The notes under the pieces: generated by a model | What the model was told of the DNA's origin: nothing | Seen by the model: the letters and a program-made list of their open reading frames with translations, nothing else | Database searches by the model: none | Part shown: positions 50,505-59,915 of the stretch, piece by piece | Layout of the letters: each line of letters opens with the position of its first letter | How positions within the stretch are numbered: position 1 is the first letter of the stretch | NCBI GenBank assembly: GCA_963662665.2 | Contig: CAXXJS010000037.1 | Span: 1 to 64,000 of the forward strand | Reading direction: 5' to 3' | DNA from: Candidatus Latescibacterota bacterium | GTDB lineage: Bacteria > Latescibacterota > UBA2968 > GCA-2709665 | DNA length: 64,000 bases | Made by a program: the position numbers and the translations under genes

Positions 50505-53275
50505 TGACAGCTTCCAAACCATCGCCGCTGAGCCCCAATCGCAGGATAAGGAAGTTCAACCCCGGCACGCATCAATCTGACGAAGAGATTGTCGAGCAGT
50601 TTGTCGTTCGCAAACGCGAACTGGATGCCGTACTCGAGGTTCTCCGTGAAAACGTGAATTCACCCTCCTGCCAGCACATAATGATCGTTGGCCCTCGCGG
50701 TCGGGGAAAAACCATTCTCCTGGTTCGGGTCGCCGCGGAGTTGCGGACCGACAAGCAACTCTCAGAAAGCCTGTTTCCAGTCCGGTTCATGGAAGAGAGC
50801 CAGGAGATCTTCAATCTGGCCGACTTCTGGCTCGAGGCGCTGTTTCATCTCGCAAGGGAGACCGAGGAGCAGAATCCTGTCCTTTCGCGGAATCTGCGTG
50901 AAACGCATGGCGACCTTTCCTCGCGGTGGCGTGAACAGTCGCTCGAAGCGCTCGCCCGAGCCGCGGTTCTGGAAGCGGCGGACCGGCTGGACCGAAAACT
51001 CGTGCTTATGGTTGAGAACCTGCAATCGCTATGCGAAAACGTGGATGACAACTTCGGCTGGAAGCTTAGAGAGGCACTTCAGTCCGAACCTCAGGTCATG
51101 CTGCTTGCGTCCGCAACAAGTCGATTCGAGGGTCTTGACGACGTGGAGCAGCCCTTTTTCGAACTGTTTCGAAACATCAACTTGCAACCGCTGGACACAG
51201 ATGAGTGTCGCCGCCTGTGGCTGGTCGTGAGCGGAGATAAAGTGAGTTCGCGGGAGATCAGGCCGATCCAGATCCTGACCGGCGGAAACCCGCGCCTTCT
51301 GGTCATCGTCGCGGAGTTTGCGAGACACCGCTCCCTGCGCAGGCTGATGGAAGAACTGGTAACGCTGATCGACGAGCACACGGAGTATTTTCGCGGACAT
51401 CTGGAGGTCTTGGCGAAGACTGAGCGACGGGTGTACGTCTCGGTGATAGACCTCTGGAAGCCGTCGAGTCCCGGCGAAATCGCGGCGCGCGCTCGTACAG
51501 ACGTGCGCATCGTATCGACGATGCTGGGGAGATTGGTCGAGCGGGGGGCTGTCACCGTGGAAGGCCGGGGACGAAAGAGACTATATGCCCCCGCGGAACC
51601 TCTCTACAGCATCTATTACAAGCTGCGGCGCGAGCGCGATGCGGCGGCCGTCGTGGAGAATCTGATACACTTTATGGTGGCGTTCTACGACATTGGCGAG
51701 TTGGACGGAATTCGTGAACAGTTATATTCCGAGGCAATCGGTTCAGATATCATCCGCGCCGGATTAGACCGCGCGCTAGCGAAAATTCCACCTGCCAACG
51801 ACAGTTACACGAAAAAAAAGTGGGATTTCGTCAAAGACGCTGCGGTTAAGGTTGAAGTCTATCATCAAGGAGTGGCTGAAAGACGGCTTGACAAAGATAT
51901 CGAGGACGCGTTTCAGGTACATGCGTGGCAGAAAGTCATCGGAATCATCGATGAGGTGTTCACGTCCAGGAACATGGAATCTCGGAAATTGTCAGAAGCA
52001 TTCATTGCCCGAATTATGCATGCGAAGGCCTTTGCGTACGAGCAACTTCGAGATTTTCACGCGGTGATCACAGCGTGCGACGAGCTGGTCAAGCGCTTTG
52101 GCGAAAGCAGTAAGCCGGAAACTCAGACGAGGGTCGCTGCTGCGTTGTTGGATAAGGGCAGAGCGAAACAACAGATGAATGATCTGGAGGGAGCCACGTC
52201 AATCTACGATGAGGTCGTTGAGCGCGGTAGGGAAGGCGACATATCAAGTCTTCTGTGGTTGGCCGTCGCTGCATTACATTACACGGGAGAAGCCAGAAGG
52301 GAACAGGGTGATCTGAGGGGAGCCATTGTGGCGTTCGACGAAGTGGTCGAACTCTATAGCGAAAACAAACCACCAGATCTTCAGTTCTGGGTTGCAGCGT
52401 CGTTGGTTCGCAAAGCAGAAGCATTCAAGGAACAGGGCGATTTTGAGGAGGCCCTTTCGTTATGCGAGGAAGCAGTCAGGCGATTTGGCGAAAGCGTCGC
52501 GCCGGATGTTCAAAGCTGGATTGCCGGGGCACTGATCGATAAGGGAAGATTGAGAAAGGATCAGGGCCATCTGGAGAAAGCCCTTGTAAACTTCCAGGAT
52601 GTGGTCGAGCGTTACGGCGACGACGATGAGCCTGAACTCCGGAGGTATGTCGCTGGGGCGTTGATCGACATTGGAAGAACGAAAGAGGAACTGGGTGATC
52701 TTGTAGGAGCTATGGCATCATGGGATGAGATGGTCTCGCGCTATGGCAATAGCGACGAGACCATTGTTCAAAGGCTTGTCACCGGTGCGTTGCTGGAAAA
52801 GGGCCGATGTCAGTCCGAAATGGGACATGCAGATGAAGCGCTACTGTTGTGTAAGGACCTCGAAAAAAGGGTTCGTGCTCTGGCCGGAAATGGAAATTGC
52901 CAATTCGCGTGGCAGATTTTGTGTATACGAACTCTGGCGCTGGCGGTCCGAGATGAGAATGTAGCTGCTATGAATGTGTTTTGCTCGGTGTATGCCTCAT
53001 TGCCTTCTGACAGCGAAGTTGGAATGAACTGGATGATAAGGCTCGTGCCCAACCTGCTCGCAGCCGGGGCCTCAGAACAGGAGCTCGTTGCAGTTCTTCT
53101 GACCGATCCCTCGAAATCCAGTACGCTGGCGCCTCTTGTCGTCGCGCTTCGCGAACGGCAGGGCGAGAGGGTTTATGCACCAGCGGAGGTTCGCGAGGTC
53201 GCTGCGGATGTGCGCAAGCTAATCGTCGACCGTGTGAAGAGTCGGGCGAATGCGACAGCAGATTCTCCGGCTTGA
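50504..53275 (+). CDS. STAND-like NTPase + winged HTH + 43-aa TPR-like repeats
   Basis: FVVRKRE, Walker A GPRGRGKT, variant Walker B LMVEN, TGGNPR, EIAARAR..VSTMLGRLVERG wHTH, about 7 repeats of 43 aa; GGAGG and TAATG overlap with the upstream gene. Confidence 0.85.
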   Translation: MTASKPSPLSPNRRIRKFNPGTHQSDEEIVEQFVVRKRELDAVLEVLRENVNSPSCQHIMIVGPRGRGKTILLVRVAAELRTDKQLSESLFPVRFMEESQEIFNLADFWLEALFHLARETEEQNPVLSRNLRETHGDLSSRWREQSLEALARAAVLEAADRLDRKLVLMVENLQSLCENVDDNFGWKLREALQSEPQVMLLASATSRFEGLDDVEQPFFELFRNINLQPLDTDECRRLWLVVSGDKVSSREIRPIQILTGGNPRLLVIVAEFARHRSLRRLMEELVTLIDEHTEYFRGHLEVLAKTERRVYVSVIDLWKPSSPGEIAARARTDVRIVSTMLGRLVERGAVTVEGRGRKRLYAPAEPLYSIYYKLRRERDAAAVVENLIHFMVAFYDIGELDGIREQLYSEAIGSDIIRAGLDRALAKIPPANDSYTKKKWDFVKDAAVKVEVYHQGVAERRLDKDIEDAFQVHAWQKVIGIIDEVFTSRNMESRKLSEAFIARIMHAKAFAYEQLRDFHAVITACDELVKRFGESSKPETQTRVAAALLDKGRAKQQMNDLEGATSIYDEVVERGREGDISSLLWLAVAALHYTGEARREQGDLRGAIVAFDEVVELYSENKPPDLQFWVAASLVRKAEAFKEQGDFEEALSLCEEAVRRFGESVAPDVQSWIAGALIDKGRLRKDQGHLEKALVNFQDVVERYGDDDEPELRRYVAGALIDIGRTKEELGDLVGAMASWDEMVSRYGNSDETIVQRLVTGALLEKGRCQSEMGHADEALLLCKDLEKRVRALAGNGNCQFAWQILCIRTLALAVRDENVAAMNVFCSVYASLPSDSEVGMNWMIRLVPNLLAAGASEQELVAVLLTDPSKSSTLAPLVVALRERQGERVYAPAEVREVAADVRKLIVDRVKSRANATADSPA

Positions 53276-53324
53276 GCAACTTCAGCACGGGCAACTGATT
53301 TCGGTTTGTCTACGCCCAATGGGG

Positions 53325-53353
53325 TTGACAGTTGTGGATTTATGCAATAGATT
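53325..53353 (+). promoter_or_regulatory. Putative sigma70 promoter
   Basis: TTGACA-N17-TAGATT about 290 nt upstream of the 53643 gene. Confidence 0.45.
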
Positions 53354-53573
53354 TCGGATATGAATATCCGTTGTGACGCGAAGCGAGGCATTCGAAGTGG
53401 ATTATTCACGAAAGCCAGTGCTTTTTGTTGAATAATTGGCTGTTTTTCGACAATGAACCGGCAGTTCTTGCAGCTGTGGGATCGAGTTGGTCGTCGCTGT
53501 GTCGCGCGGTAAATGGTCGAAGGTTCATTGCCGTCGTTCATATCCGGGAGCACTATTCCCGCATTTGGTCTTT

Positions 53574-53599
53574 ATCCTGTTTATCCTGTCCATCCATGT
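53574..53599 (-). repeat. 26-nt intergenic repeat
   Basis: Reverse complement is ACATGGATGGACAGGATAAACAGGAT. Confidence 0.7.
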
Positions 53600-53642
53600 A
53601 AGGTCTGTATTCTGAATTTAACGGTGTTTAAGGAGTGTCGGT

Positions 53643-54725
53643 ATGCGGAAGATAATCCTCCCGGCCGTCTGCGGGGCGCTGGTTTCAATCGGACCGGCCC
53701 TTGCCGATGAACTGACCACGGACAACGGGAAGCGCGCTATTGCCAATCCGAAGGCGCGGCAGCTAAGTGTCCTGGATGCGGGCAAGAGTTCACTACAGAA
53801 GCCCACGCCGATGTCGGGGGAAGGGACGTTGAAGGGATACGGGCTTTCGCTGGAACACGTTCCCTCCAGGTACGAAATGGTAAACGGTCGCGCGTTGAGC
53901 GGGAACCCGCTGGAAGCCGGGGACGGCAAACGGCCGCTGCCCTTGCCGACATCGGATTTCGGGGACGGAAGATCCAACGGAAGACTGACGAGGGGATTGA
54001 ACATAACCGGGGGCCGGAACGCGTTTGCCACGCTCAGGCTGGAAAAGGTTGAAGACTCGAGCGCAGACAACGGGCTCCTGAAACTCCACGTCTCACTGGC
54101 CCGCGTGAAGGACCTGAAAGGGTACGGGTTTTCACTGCACTACGACCCGACGAAGTACGAGCTGATGGATGCCACGGAATTGGAAGAGAACCTGCTCAAA
54201 TCCGGCTTGGGGCGGCAGACGCTGTTCGTATCGGCAAACCACACACCGGGCAGGCTGGATGTGGGCGCGGTGAAGGTGGATGGTCAGGCGGTCAGCGGCG
54301 ACGGAAGGCTTGTAGAACTCACCTTTAAGACAGTCGGTACGCCAGCTTCCGGCGATTTCAGAATTTCGGAGGGTGTGCTGGTCGGCCTCGATGGCGCCAT
54401 CGACCGGCTGGCGAATGTTGATTTCGCCCGCCTGACGCCACAACCCGGCAAATATAGCCTGGACCAGAATATGCCGAATCCGTTCAACCCCTCCACCGTT
54501 ATCGGATACACCCTTCCCGAGGCCGGCCCGGTACGGCTGGCCATCTACAACCTTCTGGGCCAGGAGGTCCGCGTTCTGGTCGACCGTCATATGGAGGCAG
54601 GTTCCTTCTCGGCGACCTGGAATGGGAAGGACGAAATGGAGCGGCCGGTGTCCAGCGGAATCTATCTCTATCGGATACAGGCCGCCGATTTTACGGCGTC
54701 CAAACGGATGATGTTCCTGAAATGA
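53643..54725 (+). CDS. Secreted cohesin-domain protein with FlgD-Ig/T9SS type A sorting C-terminal domain
   Basis: Signal peptide; DLKGYGFSLHYDP..SGDGRLVELTF cohesin-like; L.QNMPNPFNPST.I.Y.LP...IYNLLGQEVR..WNG..SSGIYLYR..KRMMFLK. Confidence 0.85.
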   Translation: MRKIILPAVCGALVSIGPALADELTTDNGKRAIANPKARQLSVLDAGKSSLQKPTPMSGEGTLKGYGLSLEHVPSRYEMVNGRALSGNPLEAGDGKRPLPLPTSDFGDGRSNGRLTRGLNITGGRNAFATLRLEKVEDSSADNGLLKLHVSLARVKDLKGYGFSLHYDPTKYELMDATELEENLLKSGLGRQTLFVSANHTPGRLDVGAVKVDGQAVSGDGRLVELTFKTVGTPASGDFRISEGVLVGLDGAIDRLANVDFARLTPQPGKYSLDQNMPNPFNPSTVIGYTLPEAGPVRLAIYNLLGQEVRVLVDRHMEAGSFSATWNGKDEMERPVSSGIYLYRIQAADFTASKRMMFLK

Positions 54726-54752
54726 ACCAGGCTGGACGTCGCAGCGGGATAG

Positions 54753-54785
54753 AAGGGCCGCCCCGAACGTGAGGCGGCCCTTTCC
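54753..54785 (+). terminator. Putative intrinsic terminator
   Basis: AAGGGCCGCC-loop-GGCGGCCCTT-TCC. Confidence 0.5.
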
Positions 54786-54819
54786 ATTCCAGTCGATCAC
54801 CCAATGGAAGGAAGGAAAC

Positions 54820-55725
54820 ATGCCCCGATTTTGCGCAATCGCCCTGGCGGCCCTTACTGCGCTCGGATTCGTCCAGAAGGTTGTCGCGGAGACGCCGGAC
54901 TTCTACGCGCACTGGGCGGACGGCAAGGCGGAGATCTCCAGCTATCGCGTGGCGCAGCCTCGTTACGGAGAGTCACGCGAGGGATACGGCGTCCTCATTT
55001 TCGTCACCGAAGACGTGAATCGAAATACCTACATTAAAGTCGAGTCGCCAACGCCACCGGACGAGAAGGTCTACGTTCTCAAACTGAACAACGTGTTGAA
55101 GTTCACCACCGGCATCTACGACTATTCGGTAATGACATCCGTCTTCAGCGCCGTTGAGGGTCTGGACGGTTCAAACCCGTTTGAACTGATGAAAGTGAAT
55201 CTGAGTTCGCAGGAGTGGTGCGGACATATTTTCGATGAAATTCGCGTGAATGGAGGCAAACTGCGCGGCACCCTGAACAGTTACTTCGAACGCGAAGGCC
55301 TGCGTACATACAGTCTGGACAAGCCCGAAGGCTTTCAGAGCGAAGACCATCTTCTCATACAAATCCGGGAGCTCAAAGGACCCATGATGCAGACGGGCGA
55401 ATCGCGGCCGGTCCGGCTTCTGCGCAGCCTCTGGTCATTCCGGACGCGCCACCGTCCCCACGCCCTGGTGGACGCACGGTTGAGCAAAGGACTGCCTGAG
55501 ACGATCACCGTGTCGAACGAGAGCCACAACGCCATTCCATGGCGCTGGGAAACAGACGGGTGGAACACAACCGTGTGGGTGGAAACGGCGTACCCTCGCC
55601 GCATTCTGAAATGGGAGGACACGTTGGGCGGCAGTGCGGAACTGATGGTGACCGTACGCGAACCCTATTGGCAGCAGAAAGCATCGCGGGACGAAATCTA
55701 CCGGCAGCGGCTGGGGATACCCTGA
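54820..55725 (+). CDS. Conserved hypothetical secreted protein
   Basis: Signal peptide; W.DGKAEISSY..Q.RYGE.REG..VLIFVTE, KF.TGIYDYS, QEWCG. Confidence 0.7.
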   Translation: MPRFCAIALAALTALGFVQKVVAETPDFYAHWADGKAEISSYRVAQPRYGESREGYGVLIFVTEDVNRNTYIKVESPTPPDEKVYVLKLNNVLKFTTGIYDYSVMTSVFSAVEGLDGSNPFELMKVNLSSQEWCGHIFDEIRVNGGKLRGTLNSYFEREGLRTYSLDKPEGFQSEDHLLIQIRELKGPMMQTGESRPVRLLRSLWSFRTRHRPHALVDARLSKGLPETITVSNESHNAIPWRWETDGWNTTVWVETAYPRRILKWEDTLGGSAELMVTVREPYWQQKASRDEIYRQRLGIP

Positions 55726-55747
55726 AATATAAATTGGAGGACCGAGA

Positions 55748-56497
55748 GTGACGACAATCGAAAAGGCGCGAGAAGCCATAGAACAGAGCGACATCGGGAG
55801 GCTGGAGGGTTTAATCACATCCTTTCCCGATCTGCCCAATCTCAGATCGGGAGACAACGATCGCACGCTTCTGCATACCATCGCAGATTACCCCGGGCAC
55901 AAACCGAAGGGCGTGGAAATGGCCAGACTGGTCATCGACGCGGGAGGCGACGTTAACGGGCGTTTTCAACACGGGGAGGTTGAATCGGTAAAGGAGACGC
56001 CATTGCACTGGGCAGCCAGCAACGATGACGTCGATCTGGCGGACCTCCTGCTCGACGCTGACGCGGACATAGATATCGATTGCGGCGTCATCGCGAATGG
56101 GACGCCGATATGGAATGCCGTTATTTTTCGATGTGTGAACGCCGCACGGCTGTTGATCGACCGTGGCGCGGCATCGAACCTCATGACGGCCGCCGGCGCA
56201 GGGCGACGGGACCTCGTGGATCGGTTCTTTGACGACGACGGAAACGTGACGGAAAACGCCGGGGCCCTGCCATGCTGGGATGAACCGAGGCCGCCGCAGA
56301 CGGCCCTGGACAGCGCTTTCGGCCTGGCGTGTCGAAACGGCCATACGACGATCGCCAAAATTCTTTACGAACGGGGCGCCGATCCGGATTGGGTCAACCC
56401 GGCCGGCGAATCCGCGTTTCTTCAGGCACGGAGAGGCAATCACAGGATCGTCATGGACTGGATGAAGGCGCGCGGCCTCGCACCGGATGACGCTTGA
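55748..56497 (+). CDS. Ankyrin repeat protein
   Basis: RTLLH, ETPLHWAAS, GTPIWNA, LACRNGH; GGAGG SD. Confidence 0.85.
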   Translation: MTTIEKAREAIEQSDIGRLEGLITSFPDLPNLRSGDNDRTLLHTIADYPGHKPKGVEMARLVIDAGGDVNGRFQHGEVESVKETPLHWAASNDDVDLADLLLDADADIDIDCGVIANGTPIWNAVIFRCVNAARLLIDRGAASNLMTAAGAGRRDLVDRFFDDDGNVTENAGALPCWDEPRPPQTALDSAFGLACRNGHTTIAKILYERGADPDWVNPAGESAFLQARRGNHRIVMDWMKARGLAPDDA

Positions 56498-57077
56498 CGT
56501 GAATCCGGACGCATCTTCTCTCGTAATTCTGGGTAGTGAATCGCAGGGCGGGTCGTATATATTGAGGATTCGCCTGGCGGAGCCTACCCCGCTCTCGTTC
56601 GGCGGATTCAAGCGCGGAAAGATCATATCGCTGCCTGCGGGAGAGTACGTCTACGTCGGGTCGGCGACGTCGAAGAAAGGCGCCGCGTCGCTGGCCAACC
56701 GCCTGGTCCGCCATGCCACCCGAAGCGGCAGGAAGGAACCTCACGGAATCCGGTGCGAATTACTCCGGCGATTCAACCCCATCGGTCTGGGAAACGAAAA
56801 CCTCGAGCCAGCAACCCAAAAGAACCTGCACTGGAATATCGACTATCTGCTGGACCTGCCGGCTGCCGAGCTGACCGGCGCCTGCATCCTTCGAACTCCG
56901 GAGTATCTCGAAGAACGTCTGGGTAAATTCCTGGAGCGCGATCCCCAAACCATCGTTGTTGAAAAAGGCCTGGGCGCAAACGATGCGCCCGGCAACACCC
57001 ACGTTCTACGCCTCGCGGCCGGAGAGGCGTGGTGGACGTCCCTTCCTGAACGGCTCAGAGGCCATTTTAGCATTTAA
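56487..57077 (+). CDS. DUF123 / Uri (GIY-YIG) superfamily endonuclease-like
   Basis: GSYIL, G.YVYVGSA, RL.RH, HWNIDYL. Confidence 0.8.
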   Translation: MTLDVNPDASSLVILGSESQGGSYILRIRLAEPTPLSFGGFKRGKIISLPAGEYVYVGSATSKKGAASLANRLVRHATRSGRKEPHGIRCELLRRFNPIGLGNENLEPATQKNLHWNIDYLLDLPAAELTGACILRTPEYLEERLGKFLERDPQTIVVEKGLGANDAPGNTHVLRLAAGEAWWTSLPERLRGHFSI

Positions 57078-58107
57078 ACCCCGCACCGCCCTCCCCCGAG
57101 ACTTCCTCAAACCGTTGCAGCACCTGGTCGGGTGACGCGGTGCCCGTCGTACCGATCTGCTGGATGGTGATGGACGACACCAGAACGCCGACCCGTGCGG
57201 CATCGACGTACGAGGCACCCGCGCAAAGCGCCGAGACAATCCCCGCGGAAACGCTGTCCCCCGCGCCCACAATATCGATGGGATCGGGCACCGGGATACC
57301 GGGAACCTGGTCTGTTGCCTCGCCGTCGGCGCAGAGGATACCCTCGGGACCAAGTGTAACGTAGACGGGCCGCCCGGTGCGCTCCAGGAAAGACCGAACG
57401 GCGGCGTTCAGACACGTCGCCCCTTCCGTCCCGGAATCCCGGGAAGCCGCCTCGAACGCCTCTTCGCGGTTGACCTTGACAATCACATTGCGGAAAAGGC
57501 CGATGTGCGAACGGGAATCGGCAAGAAACACGACGTCGGGATTCTCAGCGGCGAGCCGCGCGATACCCGCCCGTACGTGATCCGTGATGACGCCGCAATT
57601 ACGTTCCTGGACCTGGTCGAGTACAATCACACCGTGAACCTCGCCCGACAGATTCTCCATGGCGGCGAGGATATGGTCTTCAACGTCTCGCGGGAGTGGC
57701 GCACGATTCTTAATATCCAATCGTTCCATCTCCTGACCGGTCGTGCTGAGAACAGGTTTTGTATAAGTTGGCGTAACGCGGTCCGAAACCTCAATCAGAT
57801 GCTCCGTTCCCACGCCCGTCGCACGAAGGCCGACCTTCAGATCGTATCCCTCTCCATCTTTGCCAATCGCCCCGAGCGCACGGATTTGCCCCACGCCCAG
57901 GGCATTCAGGTTGCCGGTCACCGTTCCCGCCGCACCCGGCCGGTTTCGGACCTGTACGACCTGCCGGGCCTCCATCCCGGTCTCCAGAGATCGTTCAGCG
58001 AGGCCAGGATCGACTATGAGATAGCGATCCAGGAAAAAGTCCCCGACAACCAGGATAACAAGGTCCGAAAACCTTCCCAGCAGATTTTGAAGATCGGAAT
58101 GGGTCAT
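57067..58107 (-). CDS. PfkB-family kinase (HldE/RfaE kinase-domain-like)
   Basis: VVGDFFLDRY, PGAAG.V..NL, TLGPEG, DIVGAGD. Confidence 0.85.
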   Translation of the reverse strand: MTHSDLQNLLGRFSDLVILVVGDFFLDRYLIVDPGLAERSLETGMEARQVVQVRNRPGAAGTVTGNLNALGVGQIRALGAIGKDGEGYDLKVGLRATGVGTEHLIEVSDRVTPTYTKPVLSTTGQEMERLDIKNRAPLPRDVEDHILAAMENLSGEVHGVIVLDQVQERNCGVITDHVRAGIARLAAENPDVVFLADSRSHIGLFRNVIVKVNREEAFEAASRDSGTEGATCLNAAVRSFLERTGRPVYVTLGPEGILCADGEATDQVPGIPVPDPIDIVGAGDSVSAGIVSALCAGASYVDAARVGVLVSSITIQQIGTTGTASPDQVLQRFEEVSGEGGAGFKC

Positions 58108-58149
58108 GGAGAAATCGGGCCACCCCGGATTGCGGGCGGCGACCGGATT

Positions 58150-58962
58150 TTACGTATTCAGGAGAAAGTCCACGAGTAACTCCTGACGCCGAAAATCCGG
58201 TACTATCAGATCCGCTCCCGCTTGAATCAGACGTTCGCGTTTCCAGGCATTCACGCCCCGCCGGCGAGCCTCATCCGACGCGACGCCCACGGCCGTACCG
58301 CCCGCCGACTTGACGTTCTCAATTTCCACGTATCCATCGCCAAAGCCCAGCAACTCCCCGCCCTCGATCTCCTGCGAGGCGATAAGATCCCGGATTACCC
58401 GTTCTTTGGAGAAGTCCTGATATTGGTCCAGTGCGCCGTAGATACGTTCTTCAAAGAAGGGCGTCAGCCCCAGCAGGGCGGCCTCTTCTTTAACGTACAT
58501 CTCGTCTGTACCACTTGCCAGATAAAGCGTAAGTCCACGGCGTTGCAGGTTGCGAAGAAGATCCAACGACTTCGGCACCATCAGTTCTTCCGCGTTGACC
58601 GCTCTGGAACGGAGGCTTTGAACGCGATCCCGTATATGACCATTGAGCCGTTCGTGATAGCTGTGTTTGTAGGCGACCGGATCCGGTGGCGTCCCTCCGC
58701 GTTTTCGCACTTCCTCGGCAAGCTGGATCATCTGGTAGATGGTCTGTTTTCCGGTAAGCCGGTCGACAAAGTCAGCTACAACATGTTCAAGTTGGGTTTC
58801 GGTTTCGCCGGTCTTGCACTCGCCAAGCGTTTCAACCATCATCGGCACCATGATTTCCCGCCAGCCCTGGCGAATCAGCGAGAGGGTTCCGTCGAAATCG
58901 AAAAGCACCGAGCGGAAACGACCCCGGGTCATTCCGTGGTTCACGCATTCTATTTCAGCCAT
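58150..58962 (-). CDS. HAD-superfamily hydrolase
   Basis: FDFDGTL, LASGT, FGDG.VE. Confidence 0.88.
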   Translation of the reverse strand: MAEIECVNHGMTRGRFRSVLFDFDGTLSLIRQGWREIMVPMMVETLGECKTGETETQLEHVVADFVDRLTGKQTIYQMIQLAEEVRKRGGTPPDPVAYKHSYHERLNGHIRDRVQSLRSRAVNAEELMVPKSLDLLRNLQRRGLTLYLASGTDEMYVKEEAALLGLTPFFEERIYGALDQYQDFSKERVIRDLIASQEIEGGELLGFGDGYVEIENVKSAGGTAVGVASDEARRRGVNAWKRERLIQAGADLIVPDFRRQELLVDFLLNT

Positions 58963-59210
58963 TCGCAGGCAATCGGAGCTATTTGGAGCGACCACTGATT
59001 ACCTCATTTTCGAGAAAAACCGAACATTTGTCCGGCTGCACCGCGCAATCTAATTGTGCAACTGAAATTGTCAAGACGTTTAACCTTTCTGAACCATATG
59101 GTTTTGGATTTAAATCTGCTTGTGAAATTTTAATTCTACATTATCTTAATATTGTATCTGTTTTGTCATCGATAGTGAGGGAGGCTGAACGGACGTTTCA
59201 GGGTCCGGAT

Positions 59211-59879
59211 ATGGATCGGCGAGTTGTGCAGCGTTCAACCACCCGTAAGGGTGAATTGCAGCTTGCGTCCGTTCAAGACGGCACGGTCACCCATTTCGAA
59301 CTCATTGTCAACGATGTCTTCCTGATGGCAACGTACAATGCCTCGTCCAACCGGGCATTGGCGGACACCGTTATGGAAACATCGAAGTCCCGCAAGCACA
59401 TCAACCTTCTCATTGGCGGGTTGGGGTTGGGAATCTCGCTTCGGCAGGCGCTCGGCTATTCCAACGTGGATTCCGTGTGTGTCGTGGAACTGGAATCGCG
59501 GATTGTAAACTGGAATCGCGAATACCTGGGCAATACCGATATTCTGGACGATGCCCGCACAGAAGTGGTGGTGGGCGATTTTTTCGATTACATTCAGGGG
59601 AATCCCCGAAGCTATCACGGCATCGCATTGGATATCGACAATGGTCCCGACCGGGTCGTGCATTCGGAAAATCGCCGCGCGTATAGCGTTTCCGCACTGC
59701 ATACGCTCAGGACACGGTTGCGTCCCGGTGGAACCCTTGCGATCTGGAGCCACGCCGTCAACAGTTCGTATGAACGCGCGCTGGAGAGAGTCTTCGGGGG
59801 GATGACTAGACGGCAAACGTGCGACCACAACCTGACCGGGAAACCGCTCGATAGTGTGATATACGCGGTTCGGGCCTGA
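59211..59879 (+). CDS. Spermidine-synthase-like SAM-binding protein
   Basis: FLMAT, LIGGLGLG, VVELE, LDIDNGP, LRPGG.LAIWS. Confidence 0.8.
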   Translation: MDRRVVQRSTTRKGELQLASVQDGTVTHFELIVNDVFLMATYNASSNRALADTVMETSKSRKHINLLIGGLGLGISLRQALGYSNVDSVCVVELESRIVNWNREYLGNTDILDDARTEVVVGDFFDYIQGNPRSYHGIALDIDNGPDRVVHSENRRAYSVSALHTLRTRLRPGGTLAIWSHAVNSSYERALERVFGGMTRRQTCDHNLTGKPLDSVIYAVRA

Positions 59880-59915
59880 CCGGCTGGTAAAGACGACCTG
59901 AAAGGAATTGTCTGG

